From Gammaproteobacteria bacterium (GTDB lineage: Bacteria; Pseudomonadota; Gammaproteobacteria; GCA-001735895): a stretch of 64,000 nucleotides of DNA. Numbering within the stretch: the first letter of the stretch is position 1; each line of letters starts with the position of its first letter. The notes beneath the pieces were generated by a model. That model did no database searches. It worked only from the letters and a program-made list of their open reading frames with translations, and had not been told where the DNA came from. The position numbers were made by a program, and so were the translations under genes. The stretch is taken from the NCBI GenBank assembly GCA_030595795.1, contig JAUVCH010000001.1:38678-102677 (forward strand), in the 5' to 3' direction. Of the stretch, positions 9,520-17,650 are shown one piece after another.

Positions 9520-9789
9520 ATGTTTTGTTACATCTATCGTAGTAACCGGAAACCAGATACCTTCTTATATTTAGCTGCTAAGGACGATTTTTCCGAAATT
9601 CCCGAGGAGCTATTAACCGTTTTTGGTGAGCCAGAATTTAGTTTTAGTTTTAACCTGAAAGCCGAGCGAAAGCTTGCGAAAGAAGACACTGCCGAGGTTC
9701 TGAAAAACCTGGAAGAGCAGGGCTACCACCTGCAATTGCAGAAGGATGTTCTGGTGGAGCAGATGCTGGCTTTGAAGGGGGTTAATTAG
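9520..9789 (+). CDS. YcgL domain protein
   Basis: CYIYRSNRKPDTFLYL...FGEP...RKLAKED...QGYHLQL. Confidence 0.85.
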   Translation: MFCYIYRSNRKPDTFLYLAAKDDFSEIPEELLTVFGEPEFSFSFNLKAERKLAKEDTAEVLKNLEEQGYHLQLQKDVLVEQMLALKGVN

Positions 9790-9804
9790 TCCCGAGTGAT
9801 ATGA

Positions 9805-11115
9805 TTAAAACCTATCCCGCAAAGCAAAATAAGTCATTCCCAACACCAGCCCTGGATAGCGAAGCCAGGCTCCCCCGGGAAAAGATCGAGTAGGTAGTTT
9901 CCCAAACAAATCCAGTTTTTCGCTTTCTCCGGCAACCGCATCGGCCATGATTTTACCGCCGAGTGTGGCCATTGCGACACCGTGTCCCGAATAACCCTGG
10001 GCGAAATAAATACCACTATTATCGAGTCGACCGAAGTGTGGCATGCGATTGAGGGTGACAGCGAGTGTGCCGCCCCAGGCGTAGTCGATTTGTTTATCGG
10101 CTAGCTGAGGATAAATTTCTAGCATCGGTTTACGCACGAAACTTTTTATATCCGCCGGGAAGTTACGGCCATAATTTTCCCCGCCGCCGAAGAGCAGGCG
10201 TTTGTCGGCTGAGAGTCGGTAGTAATTTATGACGAAGCGCGAGTCGGCGATGGCGACGTCATTTGGGTTGATCGAATTAGCAGTGGCTTCATCGAGTGGT
10301 TCGGTAGCGATGATGAAGTTGTTAATGGGCATGATCTTTCCGGCCATGCGCTTTTCGAGGTTGCCCAGATAGCCGTTGCAGGCGAGGATAACGGCATCTG
10401 CTTCGACCGTGCCGTGGTTAGTGACGACTCGATTCGGTTTACCCCGTTGGTAGCTTTCGACAATGGTTGACTCATGCAGTATCGCGCCACTATTCCTGGC
10501 GGCATCGGCGAGTCCGAGCGCGTAATTCAGTGGGTGTAAATGGCCAGCACTCATATCCATGCTGCCACCGAAATAAGTATCACTACCGGTGACCTCTGCC
10601 ATTGCCTCCTGGCTCAGGTATTCGATTTGGTCGTGTCGATATTGCTTTTGCAGGTGCTCGACATATTCGCGCGATTCTTTGGCGTATCCGGCTTTATGGT
10701 CGGGGTGTGCAACGCCGGGTTTGAGATCGCACTGAATGTCATTTTCGCTGATAATTTGCCGTGCCAGGTTTTTAGCCTCTTCCGCAAGCTGCCAAAGTTT
10801 GGTCGCATCGGATAGACCCAGACGCTTTTCCAGATACCATTGATCTTTGCGTTGACCACTACCAAGCTGGCCACCATTTCTACCCGAAGCACCCCAGCCC
10901 ATTTTTCGGGCTTCCAGCAATACCACTTTATAACCGCGTTTGGACAGGTGTAGTGCGGCCGATAACCCGGTATAACCGCCACCGACGATGCAAACATCGG
11001 TTCGACAGGAGCCATCTAGTGGCGTCAGGTCGAGCTGTCGGTTTTGCGAGGCATGATAATAGGATGCCGGGTAGCTTTCGGTATCGCTGCGATCCTGGGA
11101 AAGTGTAAAACTCAT
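9805..11115 (-). CDS. FAD-dependent oxidoreductase, gamma-glutamylputrescine oxidase (PuuB)-like
   Basis: VCIVGGGYTGLSAAL, GASGRNGGQ, HLHPLNYALGLA, GYSGHGV; in an operon with a glutamylase and an aminotransferase. Confidence 0.85.
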   Translation of the reverse strand: MSFTLSQDRSDTESYPASYYHASQNRQLDLTPLDGSCRTDVCIVGGGYTGLSAALHLSKRGYKVVLLEARKMGWGASGRNGGQLGSGQRKDQWYLEKRLGLSDATKLWQLAEEAKNLARQIISENDIQCDLKPGVAHPDHKAGYAKESREYVEHLQKQYRHDQIEYLSQEAMAEVTGSDTYFGGSMDMSAGHLHPLNYALGLADAARNSGAILHESTIVESYQRGKPNRVVTNHGTVEADAVILACNGYLGNLEKRMAGKIMPINNFIIATEPLDEATANSINPNDVAIADSRFVINYYRLSADKRLLFGGGENYGRNFPADIKSFVRKPMLEIYPQLADKQIDYAWGGTLAVTLNRMPHFGRLDNSGIYFAQGYSGHGVAMATLGGKIMADAVAGESEKLDLFGKLPTRSFPGGAWLRYPGLVLGMTYFALRDRF

Positions 11116-12500
11116 TTTGTTTTTTTAACGTCTTGCTGGGTTAAATCCAGGCATTTCCAGGTGCGTTCGATAAATAGATCGATTTCTGTTTTTTGCAGAA
11201 TTAAGGGCGGCGATATGATCATCGCATCGCCAACCGCTCGCATAATTAAATTATTATCAAAACTATGAGTGCGGCAAATAGAACCCACGCCGTCGTCTTT
11301 ATCGAACTTGATAAAGTTTTCCTTGTCTTTAACCAGTTCCAGGGCGCCGAGCATGCCGACACCTCTAACCTGGCCTACCAGTGGATGATCGCCGAGTTCG
11401 CGCAGGCGCTTTTGCAGGTAGGGCGCGGTTTCGTCGTGAACTTTTTGCACGATGTTTTCCTTCTGCATCAACCTGATATTGGCTACCGCTGCGGCTGCGC
11501 ACACGGGGTGTCCTGAATAGGTGTAACCGTGGTTAAATTCGCCGCCCTGGTTGATGAGTACATCGGCGACGCGATCCCCTACCATCACTCCGCCGATGGG
11601 TAAATAACCCGATGACAGGCCCTTGGCGATAGGCATTAAATCGGGCTTGAGGTCGTAGTAGTCGGTGCCGAACCAGTGACCAGTTCGACCAAAGCCACAG
11701 ATGACTTCGTCCGCCACCAGCAAGATACCGTAGTGGTCGCAAATTTTCTTTACTTCTGGCCAGTAGGTCTCGGGTGGCACGATGACGCCACCTGCTCCCT
11801 GGATGGGTTCGGCGATGAATGCGGCGACTTTGTCGACGCCGAGCTCTTCGATTTTATCGGCGATCGATTGTGCGACTTCGAGACCGAATTCGTTAGCGTC
11901 CAGGTCATGGCCGAGTTCACAGCGTTTGGCGAACCAGTGTGGCTGCTCGACGTGTACGATATCGGGGATGATGCCACCCTGCTTGTGCATGTCTTCCATG
12001 CCGCCAAGGCTGGAGGCTGCGATAGTGCTACCGTGGTAGGCATTTTTGCGGCTGATAATAACGCGCTTTTCGGGCTTGCCGAGAATATCCCAGTAGCGCC
12101 AGGCCATGCGGATAACGGTGTCGTTGGCTTCCGAACCCGAGCTGGTGAAGAAAGTGTGGTTCATGTGATCCGGAGTCACTTCTGCGAGTAATCCAGATAG
12201 CTCTGCGGCGGGTGGGTGCGAAGTCTTGAAGAATGCGTTGTAGTAGGGTAGTTGTTCGATTTGAGTGCTAACTGCTGCAATGATATCTTTTTGACCATAA
12301 CCCATGTTGACGCACCACAGGCCAGCCATCATATCGAGATAATCGTTGCCTTCAGAATCGGTGAGGTAAACGCCGTGTGCCGACTCGATAATGCGAGCGG
12401 CCTGCTCTTTTAATTCCTTAGGGTCGGTAAATGGATGAAGATGATGGGCACCATCCAGGCTTTGCCATTTTTCGGTATTGACTGCGTTAGTTTGTGACAT
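11112..12500 (-). CDS. Class III aminotransferase, SpuC-like putrescine/polyamine:pyruvate transaminase
   Basis: HHLHPFTD, AGLWCVNMGYG, AEPIQGAGGVIVPP, ADEVICGFGRTG, AKGLSSGYLP, HGYTYSGHP. Confidence 0.85.
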   Translation of the reverse strand: MSQTNAVNTEKWQSLDGAHHLHPFTDPKELKEQAARIIESAHGVYLTDSEGNDYLDMMAGLWCVNMGYGQKDIIAAVSTQIEQLPYYNAFFKTSHPPAAELSGLLAEVTPDHMNHTFFTSSGSEANDTVIRMAWRYWDILGKPEKRVIISRKNAYHGSTIAASSLGGMEDMHKQGGIIPDIVHVEQPHWFAKRCELGHDLDANEFGLEVAQSIADKIEELGVDKVAAFIAEPIQGAGGVIVPPETYWPEVKKICDHYGILLVADEVICGFGRTGHWFGTDYYDLKPDLMPIAKGLSSGYLPIGGVMVGDRVADVLINQGGEFNHGYTYSGHPVCAAAAVANIRLMQKENIVQKVHDETAPYLQKRLRELGDHPLVGQVRGVGMLGALELVKDKENFIKFDKDDGVGSICRTHSFDNNLIMRAVGDAMIISPPLILQKTEIDLFIERTWKCLDLTQQDVKKTK

Positions 12501-12575
12501 GCTGTGCTCCTGACTTGGTGCAGGCTCTATCGTCCTGCTTAAGTAAATTAAGGCTAAATAGTCTTGCTGGAAAAA

Positions 12576-13901
12576 TTAAACTTTGAGCAATAAATGCTCG
12601 CGTTCCCAGGGTGTAATGGTATTCAAAAATTCCTCAAACTCGACTTCTTTAATGGCGACATAGAGATCGATAAATTCGTCGCCGAGTACCTCCCGAAGTG
12701 CCTGACTGTCGGACAGCCGCTGCAACGCCTGATACCAGTTGCGTGATAATTCAAATGGCTTATTAAAGGCGTTTTCCAGCATTGGCTGGCTTGCCTTCAT
12801 CGACTGCTTCATGCCGACATAACCGCAGGCCAGAGAAGTCGCGATAGCGATGTAGGGGTTTACATCGGCAGAGGCGATTCGGTTTTCTATCCGCATCGAG
12901 TCTGGATTGTTGTCGGGCACGCGAAATCCAACGGTACGATTGTCGAAACCCCAATGTGCATTAATCGGCGCGGACATGTCACGTACAAAGCGTCGGTACG
13001 AATTTACGTAAGGTGCCATCAGAGCCTGAGCCTGTGGCAGGAGCTTTTGCAGACCGCCTATATGGCTAAGAAATAGCTTATTGGGCTCGCCATCAGGGGT
13101 GGAAAACAGGTTTTTCCGGCTTTCCAGGCCGACTACACTCTGGTGAATATGCATCGCGCTACCGGGTTGGTGTTCGACCGGCTTGGCCATAAAGGTCGCG
13201 TAAATCTCATTATGCAAAGCCGCTTCTTTAACCGTGCGTTTTAATAAAAAGGCCTGATCTGCTAGTTCCACCGGGTCGCCATGGAGTAGATTGATCTCCA
13301 TTTGTGCTTTACCTTCTTCGTGGAGAAAGCTGTCGATCTGTAGTTGTTGTGCTTCAGCATAAGCATACATATCGTCTAGCACTGGTTGGTATTCATAGTT
13401 TGCTGCGATATTAAACGACTGTCCGTTTGACTCTGCGCGACCATTGCGACCTTTCGGTGGTTGCAATGGTTGATTTGGGTCTAAATTTGGCTTTACCAGA
13501 TAAAATTCGAGTTCTGGCGCGATCACTGGATCCCAGCCTTCGTTACGATACAACTCGACTACCTGGCGCAATACCTGGCGTGGAGCAATTTTGACTGGCT
13601 GCCCCTGTTTATCGAAGCAATCGTGAATTACCTGGGCCGAGTTGCCTTTCGCCCAGGGCAATCGGCGAATCGAGCCTGGGTCAGGCTGTAGTATCATATC
13701 CCTATCAAGAGGATTGATATCACTTTGTAGATCAGGGTAACTACCCGCTAACGACTGCATGAAAATTGATTCGGGTAGTCGCAGCACGGAGGCATCATTA
13801 AATTTTGACGCGGACATTAGCTTGCCGCGAGCGGCACCAGCCATGTCAGAGACAACGCATTCGATTTCGGTGACCTGGTTTTTTTCGATCCAGTCTTGCA
13901 T
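12576..13901 (-). CDS. Glutamine synthetase-family gamma-glutamyl-polyamine ligase (PuuA/PauA-like)
   Basis: ARGK, APELEFYL, HEEGKAQMEINL, FMAKP, GSAMHIHQS, DNRTVGFR, IENRI. Confidence 0.85.
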   Translation of the reverse strand: MQDWIEKNQVTEIECVVSDMAGAARGKLMSASKFNDASVLRLPESIFMQSLAGSYPDLQSDINPLDRDMILQPDPGSIRRLPWAKGNSAQVIHDCFDKQGQPVKIAPRQVLRQVVELYRNEGWDPVIAPELEFYLVKPNLDPNQPLQPPKGRNGRAESNGQSFNIAANYEYQPVLDDMYAYAEAQQLQIDSFLHEEGKAQMEINLLHGDPVELADQAFLLKRTVKEAALHNEIYATFMAKPVEHQPGSAMHIHQSVVGLESRKNLFSTPDGEPNKLFLSHIGGLQKLLPQAQALMAPYVNSYRRFVRDMSAPINAHWGFDNRTVGFRVPDNNPDSMRIENRIASADVNPYIAIATSLACGYVGMKQSMKASQPMLENAFNKPFELSRNWYQALQRLSDSQALREVLGDEFIDLYVAIKEVEFEEFLNTITPWEREHLLLKV

Positions 13902-14002
13902 AAACTGCTACTCGTATTTAATGTAAATTTATTTCAGGCCGGATCTTGATCGGCTTGTGATAAAACCTGCTGCTTCCAGACATTGTATGCAACCATTCGG
14001 AT

Positions 14003-14031
14003 ATTGTGATCACAAAATTAATATAAGTCAA
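14003..14031 (-). promoter_or_regulatory. Sigma70-type promoter of the puuA-like operon with operator TTGTGATCACAA (14004-14015) over the -10 box
   Basis: Minus strand reads TTGACT-N17-CACAAT; the palindrome overlaps the -10. Confidence 0.65.
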
Positions 14032-14064
14032 CAAACCTGTTACTCTCTGATTATAGAAGAGTAA

Positions 14065-14094
14065 TTGACAGTCTAAGTGACGGCGTGATAGCTT
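14065..14094 (+). promoter_or_regulatory. Candidate sigma70 promoter for pentein hydrolase paralog 2
   Basis: TTGACA-N18-TAGCTT with a TGn extension. Confidence 0.45.
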
Positions 14095-14150
14095 TTTCGC
14101 TCCATTTAAAGGGGCGGTTCCGATAGCCCAACTATTTAGCAGGATTAATT

Positions 14151-15071
14151 ATGAATTCCGAATTTAAATTACGTGCAAGGAATGAGGGTGGTGGTACGCC
14201 AGCTCTCGATAACTGGGGCGCCGATTGTGAATATGGCGTATTAAGAGACATCCTGTTAGGTCCTGCAGACCATTATCAGTGGTTAGAGACCAGTTCGGTT
14301 TCGAAGAAAAGTATTCGTCGCAATTATCAATTCGATGCAAAGATCGCTCAGTCTCAACATGCCGAAATGGTTTCAGCTTACGAGTCTGCAGGCGTAAAAG
14401 TACACATGCACGCCGCCGACCCAGAATTGCCTTATCAGATTTTTGCCCGGGATTCGTCGGTTATGACGCCATTCGGGGCGATTATTACCAGCATGGCTAA
14501 CTGGTGGCGTCGTGGCGAGAACTTTCGCGCCATCGAAACCTATGAGCGCCTGGGTATTCCGATTTATGATTATGTTACCGCAGGCACTTTCGAAGGTGGT
14601 GATTTCAATGTCGTCGAACCGGGCACGGTATTAATTGGCTGGGAAGGCGACGAGGGTCGTAGCCAACAGCAGTCCGCCGTGCAGTTGAAGAACTGGTTTG
14701 AGGCCGAAGGTTGGGAAGTCATGCTCACTGACCTTGATCCTTTCTATGTTCATATCGACTTAATGGTCGTTATGTTAGCGCCCAAGCTTGCGGCTGTGTG
14801 CCTGGAGTCAACCGACGCCGACGTGGTCGACTGGCTCAAGTCGAAACAAATCGAAATCATCAGCGTGCCGTTTAAAGACACGCTTGATCTTGGCTGTAAT
14901 GTCGTGGCACTGGGTAATGATCGGGTGTTACTGCCAGAGAAAAGTCTGGTGCTCAAGGAGAAAATCAAAGCTCATGGTTTAGAGATTTACGACCCGGACG
15001 TGTCGATGATTACGCCCGGTGGTGGTGGAGTGCATTGTATGTGTCAGGCTTTGCGACGGGATCCGGGCTAA
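14151..15071 (+). CDS. Pentein-superfamily guanidino hydrolase (DDAH-like), paralog 2
   Basis: FARDS, FEGGDF, HID, GGGGVHCMCQAL; clearly homologous to 4259..5149. Confidence 0.8.
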   Translation: MNSEFKLRARNEGGGTPALDNWGADCEYGVLRDILLGPADHYQWLETSSVSKKSIRRNYQFDAKIAQSQHAEMVSAYESAGVKVHMHAADPELPYQIFARDSSVMTPFGAIITSMANWWRRGENFRAIETYERLGIPIYDYVTAGTFEGGDFNVVEPGTVLIGWEGDEGRSQQQSAVQLKNWFEAEGWEVMLTDLDPFYVHIDLMVVMLAPKLAAVCLESTDADVVDWLKSKQIEIISVPFKDTLDLGCNVVALGNDRVLLPEKSLVLKEKIKAHGLEIYDPDVSMITPGGGGVHCMCQALRRDPG

Positions 15072-15177
15072 AAGAGTTACCCGGATAGTGAATTTATTCC
15101 TGTAGATTATTTTTGTTTTTCGCTTATACTTGATTATGGGAAATTTATCCCATTTAATTTAAGTCGAGGCAATTCTA

Positions 15178-15501
15178 ATGACAAATGATATTAAAAAGCC
15201 TGAATTGGGCGATGAAACAGTAGATACCAGCCGACGAAACGCGCTTTCGCGTCTTGGTCTGGTAGCGACGGCGGCCTATGCGGCTCCAGTATTAATGACA
15301 TTAAGTCAATCGGCACATGCTTCTGGTGGTTCTGGCGGAGGTGGAGGCTCTGGAAACGGTGGAGGCTCTGGGAACGGCGGAGGTTCCGGTGGCTCTGGAA
15401 ACGGCGGAGGTTCCGGTGGCTCTGGTGGCTCCGGCGGAGACTCAGATGGCGATACTGGTTCCTCAGGTGGATCGCTCGATGAAGACCAAACCACTGATTA
15501 A
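15178..15501 (+). CDS. Small Gly/Ser-rich protein with Tat-like leader; putative RiPP-like precursor peptide
   Basis: GAGG RBS; SRRNAL twin-Arg; hydrophobic stretch containing YAAPVL; AHA cleavage motif at residue 48; 59-aa core of SGG/SGNGGG repeats with an acidic tail. Third codon positions vary across repeats, as expected for a real coding frame. Confidence 0.75.
   Translation: MTNDIKKPELGDETVDTSRRNALSRLGLVATAAYAAPVLMTLSQSAHASGGSGGGGGSGNGGGSGNGGGSGGSGNGGGSGGSGGSGGDSDGDTGSSGGSLDEDQTTD
15322..15438 (+). repeat. Coding tandem repeats (18-bp and 27-bp units) giving SGNGGG / SGG
   Basis: AACGGCGGAGGTTCCGGTGGCTCTGG occurs at 15373 and 15400 (period 27); GGAGGCTCTGG(A/G)AACGG units have period 18. 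Confidence 0.85.
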
Positions 15502-15543
15502 GACGCCCAATCTGACCGCTTTTTAATTATTTATGATTTACAC

Positions 15544-15574
15544 ACCGGACAGATATTTTGTCCGGTTTTTTTTT
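15544..15574 (+). terminator. Hairpin plus T tract between the precursor and kinase genes
   Basis: ACCGGACA-GATATTT-TGTCCGGT followed by a run of T. Confidence 0.75.
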
Positions 15575-15614
15575 GCCCGTATTATTGAGTCAGATTTTAA
15601 ACAGGAGTGGATGA

Positions 15615-16805
15615 ATGCCCGACAGCATCGTGCATCTAAAGTTCGATGATATGTCGAAACTGGTTAAGTTTGTTGATTGCGGCGAACTGATTGAGTGTCT
15701 TGAAAGTGTTTTCCCGACCTGGAATATTATTGAGGTCTCACCAGAAGATTCTGGCGAGGCTCCGATACTTTGTATTACCAGAGAAGATAATGCTTATTGC
15801 ATCGATGGATTTTGGCTAGGAAAGCAGATGCATCGCGTAGACATAGTCGATGCCGCCTGTGGTCTGGTCGCCGAGCTGATTCGAGCTTATGTGCGGGAAG
15901 ATCCTCAATTACTGTGTTTACACGGTGCATCCGCAGAATTTGCTGGCAAACTGGTAATATTTCCTAGTCAATACAGGTCGGGTAAAAGTGTTTTATCGGC
16001 CTGTTTGGCATCCGCTGGAATTCAGTTGTACGGCGATGATGTTTTGCCTCTTAGTTTGTCGGAAGGCAAGGGGATTGCACCGGGTTTGGCGTTACGTTTG
16101 AGGCGGCCTTTACCTGAAAACTTAACCACAGAATCGTCAGAGTTTATCCGGGAGCACACTGGCCTAACCGGCAAAAATTATCAATATCTTGATCTTAGCA
16201 ATGAACAATTAGCGCAAAAAGGAGCGCAAGCATCAATTGGTGCGTTTGTTTTGCTGGAACGCGAGGAAAATACGGTAGCGACATTCGAGGAAACCTCGGA
16301 GGCAGAAGTATTGCGGCAAGTTGTCTGGCAAAATTTCGCTCGTGAGGCAGAGGCCCCACATATCCTGGATGTGTTGAGTCAGTTAGTGGCGAATTCACAG
16401 TTCTATCGGCTCCGTTTCGACCGAGCTGAAGATGCGGTTAAGTTGCTTAAAGAAAAGTTTAAAACCTGGCCTGGTAGAGTAGACCATCTCAACAGGAAGC
16501 TGAAGCAGTCTGAAGTCAATAATAAGCAAGCCTTACAACCAGAATATTTTATAAGAAAACCTGATACTAGCGTTATCCAGGTTGGCGATGATAGTTTTAT
16601 AGCAGACAAACAGGGTGCTGCAATACACCATTTGAATACCGTTGGAACTGCTATCTGGACACTGCTTGCCGAACCAGTGCGGGTCGAAGATATGACCGAT
16701 TTATTGCTGACTGCCTTTCCTGAGATCGATGCCGATTCGACAACAGAGGATGTAAAGGAATTGATTAACGAACTAGTAGATAAGGGATTATTGCTAAGCG
16801 GCTAA
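15615..16805 (+). CDS. HPr-kinase-related P-loop kinase fused to a C-terminal PqqD/RRE domain
   Basis: LHGAS (His), P-loop PSQYRSGKS and LYGDD reproduce the HPrK-family motif order. The C-terminal ~90 aa (IHHLNTVGTAIWTLL...DVKELINELVDKGLL) has the PqqD-family pattern. CAGGAG RBS. Confidence 0.75.
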   Translation: MPDSIVHLKFDDMSKLVKFVDCGELIECLESVFPTWNIIEVSPEDSGEAPILCITREDNAYCIDGFWLGKQMHRVDIVDAACGLVAELIRAYVREDPQLLCLHGASAEFAGKLVIFPSQYRSGKSVLSACLASAGIQLYGDDVLPLSLSEGKGIAPGLALRLRRPLPENLTTESSEFIREHTGLTGKNYQYLDLSNEQLAQKGAQASIGAFVLLEREENTVATFEETSEAEVLRQVVWQNFAREAEAPHILDVLSQLVANSQFYRLRFDRAEDAVKLLKEKFKTWPGRVDHLNRKLKQSEVNNKQALQPEYFIRKPDTSVIQVGDDSFIADKQGAAIHHLNTVGTAIWTLLAEPVRVEDMTDLLLTAFPEIDADSTTEDVKELINELVDKGLLLSG

Positions 16806-16810
16806 GACGA

Positions 16811-17650
16811 CTAGTCCTCACCAGACATCTGCAATTCCAGTTGGCGTTGTTTTTGCTGCCGCAGCATTATCCAGGCAGCTAGTAGTACACCGATGGCGAC
16901 TACTAAAATTATAATGGTCGCAAGTGCATTTATATCCGGCCGAAGACCCAGTCGCACCCGGGAGTAAATCAACATTGGCAGCGTGACCGCACCGGGGCCT
17001 GAAACAAAACTGGCAATAATTAAATCATCCAGCGACAGTGTGAATGATAATAACCAGCCAGCGAGCATACCGGGCGCGATTAGAGGCAGGGTAATGTCGG
17101 TAAGCACTCGAAATGGTTTCGCGCCCAAATCCTGCGCGGCTTCTTCCAGGTCTTGCGCCATGCCAGCGAGTCTTGACTGGATGATGACCGCGACATAGGC
17201 CATGGAAAATGTGATATGGGCGATGGTGATGGTGGTGAATCCACGCTTGTCCGGCCATCCGATAAATTCTTTTAGCGTAATAAACAACAAGAGCAGGGAT
17301 AAGCCGGTGATGACCTCTGGCATGACCAGTGGTGCGGTAATCATGCCGCTGAATAAGGTGCGCCCTTTGAATTGACCGAAACGCACCAGGGCCAGGCCCG
17401 CCAAGGTACCGAGTATGGTAGCAAAGCAGGCATTCACAGTGGCAATTTTCAAACTCAGAGTTACTGCGCGCCAAACTTCTTCACTTTCGAATAAAACACC
17501 GTACCAGCGCGTAGAAAAACCACCCCACACCGGCACCAGTTTGGAATAGTTGAACGAGTATACGATCAACATGAGCATGGGAATATACAGAAAAGCCAGC
17601 CCGAAACAGGTGACTGTGAACAGGAATCGGGATTTCTTGCCGTTATTCAT
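16811..17650 (-). CDS. potI: Putrescine/polyamine ABC transporter permease
   Basis: FLYIP, PLVMPEVITGLSLL, LEEAAQDLGA, FTLSLDDL. Confidence 0.9.
   Translation of the reverse strand: MNNGKKSRFLFTVTCFGLAFLYIPMLMLIVYSFNYSKLVPVWGGFSTRWYGVLFESEEVWRAVTLSLKIATVNACFATILGTLAGLALVRFGQFKGRTLFSGMITAPLVMPEVITGLSLLLLFITLKEFIGWPDKRGFTTITIAHITFSMAYVAVIIQSRLAGMAQDLEEAAQDLGAKPFRVLTDITLPLIAPGMLAGWLLSFTLSLDDLIIASFVSGPGAVTLPMLIYSRVRLGLRPDINALATIIILVVAIGVLLAAWIMLRQQKQRQLELQMSGED

Noticed and set aside
11676-12191. Long antisense ORFs (for example 11676..12191, 26558..27085, 32004..32579, 46418..46927, 54776..55279)
   Set aside because: They lie opposite well-supported genes and show no recognisable motifs.
15306-15494. 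Pro-rich minus-strand ORF (EPPPFPEPP repeats) and the alternative plus-frame ORF 15317..15526
   Set aside because: These are shadows of the Gly/Ser codon repeats. Only the 15178 frame has an RBS, a signal-like leader and a downstream hairpin.
15178-16805. Interpretation as a classical lasso peptide cluster
   Set aside because: The YxxPxL motif, RRE and kinase fit, but there is no lasso cyclase or B2 peptidase nearby, and the predicted core has no Asp/Glu at positions 7-9 for macrolactam formation.
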